Assembly (NCBI GenBank): GCA_951804945.1
Contig: OX638156.1
Span: 27,962,001 to 28,026,000, forward strand
Reading direction: 5' to 3'
Length of the DNA: 64,000 nucleotides
Source: Podarcis cretensis
Taxonomy: Eukaryota
In this document: positions 1-12,531 of the stretch, in pieces
Layout of the letters: every line of letters begins with the position of its first letter
Numbering within the stretch: the first letter of the stretch is position 1
Position numbers and translations under genes: made by a program
The notes under the pieces: generated by a model
Told to the model about the DNA's origin: nothing
The model's input: the letters and a program-made list of their open reading frames with translations, nothing else
The model's database searches: none

Positions 1-1101
1 GATTACAAAGGCACAGCTACTAATCTTCAGAAATTCTGCATAGGATTGGCTCTCCGGAACAGAATATGGATTATTGAGAATATTTTGTTTTCATTTTTTA
101 AAGTGTGTAGTCCACATCATGTCTGTGGACTTACATTTGGTTCCCAAACTATTGAGTACGTGGTGGAGAGCACACTATTATGCCACAACACATGAATTCT
201 GTGCATCCAAATAACTAATCTGCAGAAGCAGCTTCCTCTTGCATTTCTGTTGGATTCGCTGAGGGAATGCCATTCTTACTCATACACACTCCAAAAATTA
301 CACCTCTTTTGGGAGCTCTAAAATCATTTACATAACAGTCTCCGACGGGGAACTGCAGCGACAGGGCCCAGTCACTATATTTCCTGCACCATTGAAGGAC
401 ACTAGCAGACAGAGGAAGCTTCAGCTGCAATGGCTACAGATGGTCCCAGGGCTCTGCCAGACCAGCTGGACTAGCCATCTAAGTTGGTGGCCATTACTAC
501 ATTGCATGGCAGCAAATGCCTTAGAATAACAAACTACGTGCTGATGAAAAAGGACTTTAAAAACGTCTCTCTGTTCATTTTCTCCACGCCATGCATAATT
601 TTTATACATTTCTATCATGTCCTCTCCCCTCCTTATTCACCCTTTTTCTAAGCTAAAAAGCTCCAATGCTGAAATCCTTTCTCTTCATGGGATTTGTTAC
701 AGCTCCTTGATCATTTTCACAATCCCCTTTTTAATACTTTAGTATCATTGGCATACTTGGGTCAACACACAGCTCACCCCAAACCCTGTATCATTTATGA
801 GCAAGTTAAAAAACAGCAGCCCCATAATACAGATCCTTGGTGGATCCCAATTGTCCCAGACTCTCTACACTGATGTTTAGGGTTTTAACCTGCAAATTTC
901 TGGAAGAAAGGCATGTGCTCCAACACTGAGCTAGGTATGACCCCTCTCTATCTAGAACAGATATACTACCTTTTGAACTTTAAACATATGAAAAAGAACC
1001 CAGTATTTATTTCTGATGTCATCTGTCCTGATCTGAGAATGCCAGACAGGTTATATTTCAGTGACATTGTATATTTCAGTGCTTGGTATCAGGGGACTTG
1101 C

Positions 1102-1188
1102 CTGGAGGAAAAGAGTGAGCACTCTGCAAAGCACTGCAAACCGAACCACCTCTTGGCAACGAGGGTCTCCTTCCTTCCTCTGCAGCAT
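1102..1188 (-). CDS. PIGV: GPI mannosyltransferase 2, first coding exon (MLQRKEGDPRCQEVVRFAVLCRVLTLFLQ); rest of the gene lies left of the window
   Basis: Peptide resembles the PIGV N-terminus (human [26 protein letters not shown]) and ends at the same residue. Acceptor ttattgatttcag| gives exon start 1261; donor is CAG|GCAAGT at 1101. Order and strand relative to ARID1A match mammals. An in-frame upstream ATG at 1206 is an alternative start. Confidence 0.9.
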
Positions 1189-1444
1189 TCTGACCTTGGA
1201 GGTCATCCAACGGGTCACCACTGCCTTCCATGCAGGAAAATCCACCGAGAGATTTTGAAACCTGAAATCAATAATAATAAATTCAACATCACGCAGGATA
1301 ATACTTGCACCATGTTTGTCAATGGCAGGCAAATAATGGTTTCCACACTCGTTCTCTGGACTAAGAGAGCAGGTGTGATGTAGTGGCTAGACTCTAACCA
1401 CTGGGTGATGAAGGAGATACAGGTTCAAACTGCACTCAGCTATG

Positions 1445-1680
1445 AGGTAGTGGTGGGCAACAACTTGGATAGCTTTAAAATAGGGTTAGACATGCAAGTT
1501 AATGTTATCAATGGCTACAAGCCATGGTGGCTATGCTCTACCTCCACTGCCAAAGGCACCATGTGTCTGAGTATCAGTAGTTGGGAATTACAAGTGGGGA
1601 GCATTGCTGTTGCTCTCAAGTCCTTCTTCTGGGCTTCCCAGAGGACGCATCTGGTTGGCCCCTGCGATGCTGTACTACAC
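1445..1680 (+). mobile_element. CR1 LINE 3'-end fragment (similar pieces near 430-860, 2660-2810, 8040-8280, 19450-19690)
   Basis: caacttggatagctttaaaatagggttagac...atcaatggctac pattern typical of sauropsid CR1 3' ends; recurs in the window. Confidence 0.6.
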
Positions 1681-3489
1681 AGGGTGACCTTGGGGCAGTC
1701 CCCATCTCTAGGCTAATAGGGTTGTTAAGACAGATAAAATGGGAGAGCCACACGTGCTGCTTTGAACTCCTTGGAATAAAGATGGGATTTTAACTGTAGC
1801 TAAAGAAACAAAGCTAACTCTTGACTGCACTACCTAGCCATTTTCCTGGTGGTTATCATTGTGATGTGGTAGGGAATGACATAGTTTAACTGCACGCTTC
1901 CTCCATGCACACACACCATCCATCATAATGACAGACATAAACAGGAACCTGTTTACATAAATACCTGTGGGGAGTGCCTGGCACTGCCTGGGAATTCTTA
2001 GAAACAACAAAAATAAATCATGATTTTTAAACGGATACAGCAATTTGTGTGTTTGGACCCGTCACACCGAAAATTGGACAAAGTCATGCCAAAGTTACAT
2101 TTGATTCAAAATGGCACTCAACATCCGACACCAACAAAGACAGTTGCCTAACTTGAAAACTCTTGTGCCAAGTTTGGCAATGTTATATTTTATTATTATT
2201 ACTATTTATTATTTATTAAATTTATATACCGCTCCTCATCTGAGGATCACAGGATGATCTATTATTATTATTTATTAAATTTGTTTACAATAGAAATACA
2301 CAAAAATATATATTGATATGCAGCCAAACCTATAGAGAACAGACACGCAGGTGGATGGATGGACAAACCACTTTCCAAAATATATGAAATATTGTTGCAC
2401 TCTGAACTGACCAAGACACTGAACAAAACCTGGGGATATTGAGTTGAAGGGGGTACAGCAATGCAACAGGGGCAGGCTTGACATTCAGTGGCTGGAGTCA
2501 CCAAAGTCAGAAAGAAGGTTTATCCTCCATGCCAGAAGGGGCTACTCAGTGTACCTTTACTTGCCTCTGTATGAATGAACAATTTCCCCATAGAGGTGAA
2601 CGACGAAATAATGAGTTACACTTAAGAGAAGCAGACCGGGGGGGGGGGGGAGCGCCCGCTGGATCAGAGCAACAGTCCTTCTAAATCCAGGATCCTGTTT
2701 TCCACAGTGACCAACCAGATGCTTCCGGGAAGCTCACAAAGACAACAGCCCTTCCTGTATGTGCCAGCATCTGGTACTCAGCAGCATTTGTTTAGCTATC
2801 ATTAGTAAGAGACACAGAGAGCCCTATCTACTACTGACTGGCGTAACTAACTCTGAACAGCAAACTCTATTTTTGGTGCTGGGGGCAAAACCTGCCCTCC
2901 AGACCAATAACTGGTGATCTGGCCTTCATCTACAAGGATCCCAGAAGTGTGAGTGCAATGTGTCTTTATGTGCAGACACACACTGTACCTCCTCCTCGGG
3001 GTTGTTGTAATATACAAACCCTTCCTTCATACCCATCCTATCCCTCATAATGGAAAGAGAGCAGAAACTAGCTGCGCATGAAAGAGAAAGGCTTTGTGCA
3101 ACATGATGAAACAGCTAGAGCTGTCCCCAAGGACAGAAAGACACACCCTCTTGAAAAAGGAAGTAAAACCTCTCACCACATCAGCAAAAGACTATCAAGC
3201 CGGCTTGCTTTTCCACTATGAGTACAAGCCAATCTGTGGCTGAAGCACTAAGTGAGAAAATCTTTGAGTGTGTTTTAAAAAATAAATAAATAAACTTATG
3301 CAAATTTAAGCCTGGCAACATTTCGTACTTCTAGTCAGGTCAATGGTTGCAATAACAAACTACTCCTGTCTTCTCTAACTCCATTTTTATCCCCTCCTGT
3401 CAAGAAGAGCATGCAAATCTAAAAAGCCAGACGGCAGGTTTTGTTTTTTTAAATCCTTTAAAATGGAACTATGAAATGGTTTTCAAGTT

Positions 3490-3524
3490 CTGCACTGTAG
3501 CCTAGTTGCCACCAGAGGGCACCA
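3490..3524 (+). promoter_or_regulatory. Candidate CTCF site (core plus upstream motif) in PIGV intron 1
   Basis: TTGCCACCAGAGGGCACCA at 3506-3524 matches the CTCF core consensus; preceded by TGCACTGTA, resembling the upstream zinc-finger 9-11 motif. Confidence 0.65.
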
Positions 3525-6500
3525 GGCACTCACTGTGTTGGTACTTTTCCACACCTTGCATTGCTGAGGCAATCAAATTATAGATATGTGATAATACAGG
3601 ATTCCCTGATAAAATCCATGGCAATGCACGCATTGAACTCTTCTATAAAGCAATGATTTAGGCACCTCTCCATGTATTTACAGTTATCCTGTAGATTAAG
3701 ATATTAAAAATAACTCAAGAATTCATTTCTCAATACTGTATACTTCTATTAATAAGTCTAAATAATTCTCTTCACCTGCTCATTTCTTTTGACTAAAGAA
3801 AAGATGTAGTTTGTTTCCCCTCGGTTCTGAGTCACTTTAATTTCCTTATTGCAATGCTGTCCCACCCACCACCTTTTTTTGCACCCAGTCTCTGCAGAGG
3901 TTATTTCTTTAAATGCAGTTTACATTTCAACATATACCTGTTTTAATGGAAATGAGTCTTGCTGTCTGAGGTTAAAGGTCTTTTAAAACATTCCCCACCC
4001 CACCCCCACAAAAACCTACAGAAATATTTGATTTTTGTATGAATTGTGCACCTTTCCTGAAGGCTCTTGGGCTGGAATAAACTTCTGTGCTTTAATAACG
4101 TTTGGTTTTGACCAGGGTTTTTGTATGGATTTTTAAAAAAATGTTTATGTTGTTTCATAGGAGTGGAGAGAGGTTGCATGCACTGTAACTGCTCTGCACA
4201 GAAAGGCAAAGCATAATCATGAACATCTTCACCACAGGGCCAGCTCTGGGTGCCTCCATCTTTGGAGGGGAGGTGGGGGTGGCTACCAGGAAGAGTCAGC
4301 TCACATCATCTGTGGAACTCTCTCCCCCTGTCTATTCGTCTGGCATAAAATTTGATGGTTTTAAGGCACCAAGGGGGAAGCCTTCTTTGTTTTCCAGTGT
4401 TTCAATGGCCTCATTGTATGCTCTTGATTTTATTGCTACTTTTAATAGCTATTAGTTATGTTTCATTGTATTGTTATTTTATTATATCTCACTTTAAATT
4501 ATAAACAACTACCTGACTTTTAGAAGACATCTCCATTCTCTTGCATTGTTTTTCAAATTTTTATTTTATTGCACTTGTTGAAACAAATATCCCTCTAGAA
4601 ACGGAAAAATGGTTTCTCCCTATTTTGGAACTAGTGAAAAATAGCTGTCTCAGTTTCAGTACATGCTGGCTGTTAAGATCTTGGTGTAGTATATTTTAAT
4701 ACATTTGGAAGCGAAGAGTCAGGGCCCAGCCAGCATCCATTCACACATATAGAACCACTGGTCCTGTTGCTCCAAATTAAACATTAATTCCTGAGTGGGA
4801 GAGTTATTGGATTAACTGGTTCCAATTTAACAGAGTTCTTATGTTCTTATGAGTTTGTAATGTTGCTAAACTAAGGATGCACCACACTTGTGTCAGCCAT
4901 GCTGCTTTATCTTTCGGGTATAATTTAAAGTATGTCTTTGACTGACATTATTTCAGTGTGATCTCCCAGACTGACCATAAGCAACTTATGCAATATTGAT
5001 CACTTATTTTATATTTTCTTTTTAACTTTGCTTCTCAGCCGTTCTTTGAAAGCCATGCTCTTTTATATCTCTATTGCATTTTTAATTTACAAAGTGCTTC
5101 ATACCCTCGGTGACCCTATTCGTCCTGTTTTACAGATGGGAAACGGAGGCTGAAAGTGGTTTTCCCAAAGCACAGACAGTGGCCATGACCCCAAAGAGCA
5201 GTAACACAGTGGCCTCCCAGAGCTGATTTTATGACCTATAACACAGAGCAACAGCACAATGTGTGCTAGTGGTTAGCTAAATCTGAATACACTTGCTCCC
5301 AGCCAGCAGCAAGCAAAAAGGATGCCACCTGACTACCACTCATCCAGGCAGCTGCTCACATTTCCTGGTGCTTGCTACACTGACACATAATGAAACATGG
5401 CCTGTGACCCTCCAGTGCCAGACTCATTATATTCTAATATGTTTTAATATGTGAATGCACACTAAGCTGATAATTCAGGTGGCTGGTGGCCAAATCTGAG
5501 CCAGAGCGGGGAGAGCGGGGAACTACTAACAAATTAAGAGATATTTTAGCATCATGACTTCTTTGCCAAAGGGAGCTCACCTTGATGTGTTGTTGAACAC
5601 AAAGCTGTGAAAACAAACTGGCTAAAAAGCTGGTCAAAAAGCAGATTCATGCGAACAAATCACTTTACCTCCTACAATGAGAAGATCACTTCTTGCTTTC
5701 TCATATGATCATTTACACACCTTCCTCAAACATTCATTTTTTCAAGGAGATACCCAGCACCACAAGAACAGTGGTCCATCTGACTTTCCATATATACCAA
5801 GAAACCCTCTAACAAGCAAAAATTGCTTCCCAAGTGTAATGCCCAAGATCTTTTAACAGGGCACCTAACACCTTATACATAAAAAACCTGCACTCCACCT
5901 CTGAACTTTGACTTATTCACTCATGCATGGAAACCTGAGAACACAGGAGACCATTATGTACTGAAGTCAGAAGATGAGGGCAATCAAGTCTTCAAAGACT
6001 AAATGGAAACAGAAGAGAAGAAATACCTAGGAGTTGACAGAGAAGAATTCAGAATCGTTCCCCACTCCCCAGACACATCAAGTTGCTTCACTGGCTTCTT
6101 ACTGCACTTTTCACCACCACCAGGCTTCTATTCCTCCCTATTAATCTGATCCCCCATTCTGATCTTCCCTTTACTCCAAATCTCTTACTCCTTACATCTA
6201 CACAAGCTCACCATCTTCTCTTGCCTCCCACGCTTTCTCCCATGTTGCTTCTCCCATGTTGCTCTTCAACTTGGGTCAGCTTCTATTTGCTGTTGCTTCC
6301 CAATCTCACCTGCTCTGAAGTTCTTAATGAAAACAGAGTTCTTTAGGAAAGCCTTTCTTTAACAACCCTGGCTTCACTACTGTGAGTAAAGACAGATTAA
6401 GATTTTAAGACTTGACAAAAAAGAAGCTGCTGAGGTACCACTGTATTTAACTCACAGGCATCTGCCTCTAACAAAAATTGCAATCCTGGGTTTAGAGCAG

Positions 6501-7720
6501 ACACAGTTCACCAGCTGAGGCAAAGCCACTATTATTAATAATAATTACATTTCTATACTACCCTTCCCTTCATCCAAAGATCAAAGGACGTCTTACAATA
6601 TAAAAACACAAAAATACATAGCATAACAACAATGCCCCCCACCCCCAGTTTTAAAAGGCCAGAGACTGTTTAATTAGCCAAAGAAGAGGAATGTTTTTTC
6701 CTAACACCTGTAAAGTAGGTGACAGGCAAGCCCCCCTAGGCTAGTTTCTTGGCTAGTGGGATACTGTTGCTTACCAGATGAGGGGTGTAAGCAAGGAAGC
6801 AGGGAGGTTGGCATAATGCAAACACATTGGCAGGATCGCTGGACTATTTGAACCACACCCACCTCACTGCCACCTTGTCCCTCTCCCTCCCAGCAAACAA
6901 CAGCCACCCATCTGCCAGGAATCTAGCATAGCAGCTCTGTCCTATCCCACTTTTGGTTTAAGGACAAAGGAATGAACCACCAGGAGCTCCCTCAGAATAT
7001 AACATCTCTGTCACTCTGATTTTCTTAAGGCACTTCCCCTTTGCTCATTTTTGTATCATCCATCCCTGCATTTTATGTCAAAATGTAAACTGTAAGACAC
7101 CCAGGTAGAGACTGTGTCATTTTCATAGTGTCTGGCTGGCATAACGTTGAAAGGAGTACCAAGACTGTTGAGAGGGAAGATGTGTGCAATGTAACATAGG
7201 CTAAGCTGAGACAGGGTAAACTGGCATAGCTTTGGAGCTGAGCAGGGATCTGAACCTGTTTGAACCTTGAAGCTCACCTTTTTCCCAGCTTAATCTACTC
7301 CACAGTGTGGCTGTTAGGATAAAAGGGGTAGCGCCACCCACAAAGGTCACCCTGAGCTCCTTGGAGGACATAACTGTGAAAAAAGGAAAAGAAAAATGCA
7401 CCTCCCCTCTCACACAAGCCTTGCATTTAATAACTTGTCTGGTAGCCATAGGCAACCAAGAATTCCAGGATGAATGAGCAAACTGGGAAGAGTACAGACA
7501 CATCAATCTGTCTTCTCCATCAGCCCACTTAAGTTTCTATGCTAGCTACAAAGAAAATTCACTTCCTCCATGGTCAGCCCAGAAACACAGCAGGCTGTTA
7601 AGAAGCGAGCCAGTTCACTCTATCCCTTGCCCACCAGGGTAGAAGGCTTCTTCTTTTTACCTAGCCAGGTAAAAAGCCAGCAGTTTATATTTCCATACTG
7701 GTCACAGAGGAGGGAGCATG

Positions 7721-7972
7721 GAAGAAGAAGAGGAGTTTGGATTTGATATCCTGCTTTATCACTACCCGAAGGAGTCTCAAAGCGGCTAACATTCTCCTTT
7801 CCCTTCCTCCCCCACAACAAACACTCTGTGAGGTGAGTGGGGCTGAGAGACTTCAAAGAAGTGTGACTGGCCCAAGGTCACCCAGCAGCTGCATGTGGAG
7901 GAGCGGAGACGCGAACCCGGTTCCCCAGATTACGAATCTACCGCTCTTAACCACTACACCACACTGGCTCTC
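7721..7972 (-). mobile_element. tRNA-derived squamate SINE (Squam3-like)
   Basis: Minus strand begins GAGAGCCAGTGTGGTGTAGTGGTTAAGAGC (A box) with GGTTCGCGTC (B-box-like) and ends in a (CTT)n tail; second copy at 38251. Confidence 0.85.
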
Positions 7973-8399
7973 AGCAAATATTAACCCCTTGGCCTTATTT
8001 GCATGTACATCTGATTCAGTCACACATTTGTGAACCCAGGTCAGCAGTAAGAAGAAAAGAAAAGCCCTGCTGGATCAAGCCAATAGCAGATCTAGTCCAG
8101 CATCCTGCTCTCACTGTGGGCAACCAGATGCTTCTGAGAACCCTGCAACAGCAACACGCCCCACCTGCAACTGATATTCAGAGGTATACTGCCTCTAAGA
8201 GCGGGGGCAGAACATACCCATTGTGGCTAGTAGCTACTGATCGCTTGACTTTGCATAATTCTCTTTTAAAGCCAACACTGCCTCCTGTGGGAATGAGTTC
8301 CAGAGTTTAACACAGTCCAACAACTACACCACACTGCCTCTCACAGGCGGCTTCATATGTTCATAGAAACCTGCTTAGGAGCCCAACAAAAAAAGGCGC

Positions 8400-9340
8400 A
8401 AGCAGTGGTTACTCAGCGCCTATGGCGGGGGACAGCATGGGGATGAGAGCTCAGAGAGGCGGGAGGGGGGAGTCAGGAGTGGGGGGCGTGTGCCCATCTC
8501 TCCATCGGCAGGAAGAAGGGAGCTTATAGGGCAAGCGGCAGCCTATGGGATGAGCCCATGTAAAGAGGAGCTTATGGGGCGAGCCTCTCAGAGGAGGGTC
8601 TGGGAGCCAGTCCCCTCTCTCCCTCAGCTGGCGGCCCCCGGCGACAACCGCTCTTCCTCCTTCTCCCCCCAACCTGAGTGCTCAGCGCGGGGACTCAACG
8701 GCTCCATCTCCATGTCTCTCACACAGTCACAGCCGCTCTTCCTCCCACTTCCGGCCCGCGGCGAACCACTTCCGTTGGCAAGGAAGCCCTTGGCGCCTGC
8801 GCAGTAATCCAAGAGCAGCCGCCCTTCCGGCGTCAGAACGTAGGCGAAATCATAGAGAGGGAGGGGGCCGTTAGACTCGCCATAGACTTACATCCGGGAC
8901 TTCCGTTTAAACTTTTTTTTTTTAAGGCCATTGCAAGTCTATGGTTCTACACTGGAAGCCGCCATTAGCCGCGATTCTCTCCTACATGAGCGCAGGAGTG
9001 GCGTCCAGCCCCTGGCATGTCTATGATGGAAGCCCTATATGCGTTTGTCTTTCACCGGGACCAAATAAAATAGTTTCGGTGTTCTACCGGAAGTGACAAT
9101 AAGGAGCGTGTTGACACTGTTCTACTTTTTAAAAAAAAATTATGGTGGTTGCCGCCGCTGCCGCTGCCTTGTGAAACATAGGGAAAGGGCCTCATGCGGA
9201 GGACTCGGTCCGTGGGCGAGGGAGGAGGCGCCATCTTTGCTACGGGCAACACGGTGGGCGCTGCGAAGGCCCCCTCAGCGCCAGGCGGTGCCGACTCCCT
9301 TCGCTGCGCAGGGTGGGGCTGCCGTGGGCGGAACATGGCT
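8400..9340. promoter_or_regulatory. CpG-island housekeeping promoter of PIGV, possibly multi-TSS or bidirectional
   Basis: Only CpG-dense stretch in the window. ETS/GABPA CGGAAGTG at 8746-8754 (-), 8767-8774 (-), 9087-9095 (+); NRF1 TGCGCAGGCGC at 8793-8803; YY1 AATGGCGGC at ~8958-8966 and AAGATGGCGCC at 9227-9237; RFX-like TTGCTACGGGCAAC at 9237-9250. Confidence 0.85.
8674..8800 (-). other. PIGV: Probable non-coding exon 1 of PIGV (5' end approximate)
   Basis: Lies in the CpG island across ETS/NRF1 sites; candidate donor CTCAG|gttggg at 8673. Confidence 0.5.
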
Positions 9341-10069
9341 TCCCTCTTCCTGACACATTTATTAAACAAAGTTGCTGTTGTCTCGCAATAAAAACCTCTC
9401 TCTGCTCTCCTTTGTGCCCCGCGACCATTTTCTCCCTTATTATCTCCTCTAGAAAATCTAGTTTCTCCTCCTCCTTACTCACTGGTAGCATTTTGCCTCT
9501 CGAAGGTGCCTCAAAAGTGTGAGGTGTGCTGAGGCAGTTCCTGCAGACCCAGTACTTTGGAGTTTCTTTAGGTGTGTGCCCGTAGATGCATGCACGTGTA
9601 TGTGTGTATAATTAATACACGTGTGTGAGTGGGAAAACGCTCACGAATAATTTCCTGGCAGCCAGTCGCTCCTTTGTTTAGCATCATGTTGCAGGCAATG
9701 GGACTAGTTCTACTCTGTCCCAATGGTGTGGGTTGTCAACATTTTTTGTTTTAAAAAATCAGGGTGCTGAGGGCATGCAACCTTTCCTTTGTAAAGGAAA
9801 ACCAGCTTTTGTTAAATAGGGAATCCAAGGATTCTGCTTCAGTACCGAGCTGCTGGCGATTGACATCCACAAGGGAAACTGCAAAGAGATTGTGACATCA
9901 ACCATCTCGGGGCAGGGAGGAGAGCCGGCACATAGCATAATCTGCATGCATAGAAAGTCAAATTGGACACGGAGGCCTACAGCAAAATATAATTCCACTC
10001 AGCTTCCTGCCTAGAAGTGCTTTGGTGTTTGTGTGTGGTAACACTGGAGTTATTTATTCTAGCTTTGTT

Positions 10070-10300
10070 TTTCATTTATGACATTTATATAACCCACCTT
10101 TCCCCAAATGAGCTCAAGGCAACATACATAGTCTGCCTCCATTTTATTCTTGCAAGCCTGTGCGGTAGGTTAGAGTTAGACTGTGACTGGTTCAAGGTCA
10201 TCCAGTGAGCTTCCTGGCAGATTGGAGATTTGAACTATGGTCTTCCCAGTCCAGACTAACCACTTCCCAACACACTAACCACTACATCACACTGGCTCTC
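10070..10300 (-). mobile_element. Older tRNA-head SINE, degenerate (related copies near 1365-1790, 7170-7370, 19366-19770, 48100-48285)
   Basis: gagagccagtgtgatgtagtggttag head on the minus strand and a tgaccttg core shared among copies. Confidence 0.6.
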
Positions 10301-12205
10301 TTTACAATGTGCCTGCTCCAGTAATGAACATGGAGAGTTCTAGTGGGAAATTGTTCTTTTTTAAAAGGAGGAATTGGCAGAGAATGAACCTGGGACCTTA
10401 TACATCATGCAAAGTGCGTGTTAATGACCCATCTTAGTCCTGCATCCTGTTCTGATAGTGTCCAGACAGATGCACTTGGGAAGGTAAAAGTTACACTAAT
10501 TGCTTCACCTCCTTTTGTCTCTGGTTGTGCCTCCCTGAAGTCATTGTAATGAAAAAGTATGCCACCCCATTATAAACTGTCACAGGGCAACAGAAAGATG
10601 ATCTTCCATGTGCCCTGTGACTGTTGGCTCAACACAAGGCTGGGGTTCTCAGAGCACAACTTGGGCCTTTATAAGCAATCAGTGGAGATATATGAACCCC
10701 TCTTCTTTCCTTCCTTCTTTCTCTGTGGAGCAACTACCTTTTGCTCATGGTATGCACCGCTTTTTAATTTTTCCATTTGAGTTGCCGCTCCCTGTTCCAA
10801 CTTAGGATTCTTGCCTCACCTACCTTTGGGACTTTAGAACAAGGATGAACAGAATTCATGCTTGCTAGATCTACTTTGTTTTTTGCAAGAAACCCGAGAT
10901 CCACCTACGGAAAGTATGTGCAAAAGGCATTCATACTAACATTAAAGAATTTTGAACCTAGGGATTTGTTTCGAGTACTGGAATGGAGCTCAGAATCCTT
11001 CCACATACAACTCCATTTCTTATTGCCCCCCCAGCTCTTTTAATTTTATATTTTAGGGTGGGCTGGCAGAGGGCAGTGATGGGGAGGGATATTGTGGCTG
11101 AGACTGTCAAACAATTGAGCATCATAAATCCTTTCCAATGCAGAAATCTATCCATTTCCGATTTAAATTTTTGTCAGTCTTAAATAGTTTGTCCCATTTC
11201 TGCATAGTTAATGTATTTATTTTAACATGAAAATGTATTTTTTGCACACATGTTCATGCACATTTATCTTTATATAATTATGTTTGTATGCCATTTTGCC
11301 TAGCAGACACATTTCTGTGCAAGCAATTTTCTCTCATTCATTTTAAACATTTTTGTGGTTGTTTGAAAAGCATATCACAAAATTCAAAGAAGTGCAAATT
11401 TCAAAAGACAGCTGCATTGAAGTTCAGGTAGTGCAAATTTGGCACAATGATTTTCTCCGCCACCCTATCTGTAAATCACCCAAGTCATGTACCAGCAAAT
11501 CCAGATCAAATTTTTGTCTACCCCTGCTTTAGAACATGTCATGGACACACCCCAGCAATCCTGTTCAATAGGATTAGTTTGCCTGTCTTCAGATCTAGGA
11601 TGGTGTACACACACCATACATTTAGCGAGCAACCCCTATGCGCAGAAAGTTGACATTCAGCCTGCCAGTGTAAGTCAAGCTAGTATATCAGATCCAAACT
11701 CTGTTCAGCAGCAGAGCTGTTGCTGCTGCTGCTCTGCTTAAGCCTGGCAGAGAGAAAACAAGACTATGAAATAGTGGTATGCTGGGTTGCCTGGTCACAC
11801 AAACGAGTTGACTGCTCTTAGGATCCAGCCTAAGTACCCCACCCCCTCTGGTCCAGCCCCTGCTACACCCCCATCATATCTCTTTTTGGGGACGTACACA
11901 AGCCCCATCCTAGCTGGATGCTCACGCCAGTGCATCTTCAGCTGAGCTGAGGTTGAAGATATAATGTTGGCTGTGCTCAGCTGAGCTAGGAATAAGCCAG
12001 CTGAGATGGAGATATGCTGCATCCTAAGGTGCTCATTCCAGCAGACCTTGCCATAGGATTGCCCCCTTAAAGAACAGTTAAAGAACATGACTTCCCCCAA
12101 AGATTCCCATGAACCATCATAGAGCTACAATCCCCAGCACCCTTAACAGAATTCAGTTACCAATATTATTTGGGGGTAAGTTATGTGCTTTAAATGTGTG
12201 GTGTA

Positions 12206-12531
12206 CCGTACTGGCCCAAATATAAGCTGCACCTTTAAAATTGGAGGGGAGGAATAACTGAATATAAGCCGCTCCATTCCTTGCTGCTCCTGCCTGCATA
12301 CTGGAGGGGGGGGGGGGTTACCCAGCGGTCTTTCCCCTTCCTCGCTCTTCCCGGCCTTGGGAGAGAGAACGGGGGACTACGCACAGGGTGGGTGCTGCTT
12401 TTCTGCACTCCTGGCGCTGTTTGGTGCAAGCTCCTGGCTGCATACCATAAGGTCGCAAATATAAGCCGCACTTTAATTTTTCATGGTCAGAATTTGGGAG
12501 GAAAGTGAGGCTTATATTCAAACCAATACAG
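12206..12531. mobile_element. TA-flanked non-autonomous DNA transposon (Tc1/pogo type)
   Basis: ta|CCGTACTGGCCCAAATATAAGC ... GCTTATATTCAAACCAATACAG|ta; related copy at 44287-44679. Confidence 0.75.

Noticed and set aside
1-1095. Looked for the large second coding exon of PIGV
   Set aside because: No long minus-strand ORF or PIGV-like peptide; region looks like CR1 remnants, so the exon must lie left of the window.
913-1383. 156-aa + strand ORF
   Set aside because: Antisense to the PIGV exon, ends in a SINE head, no recognisable protein.
8451-9522. Overlapping ORFs in the CpG island
   Set aside because: Expected in GC-rich promoter DNA; none resembles a known protein.
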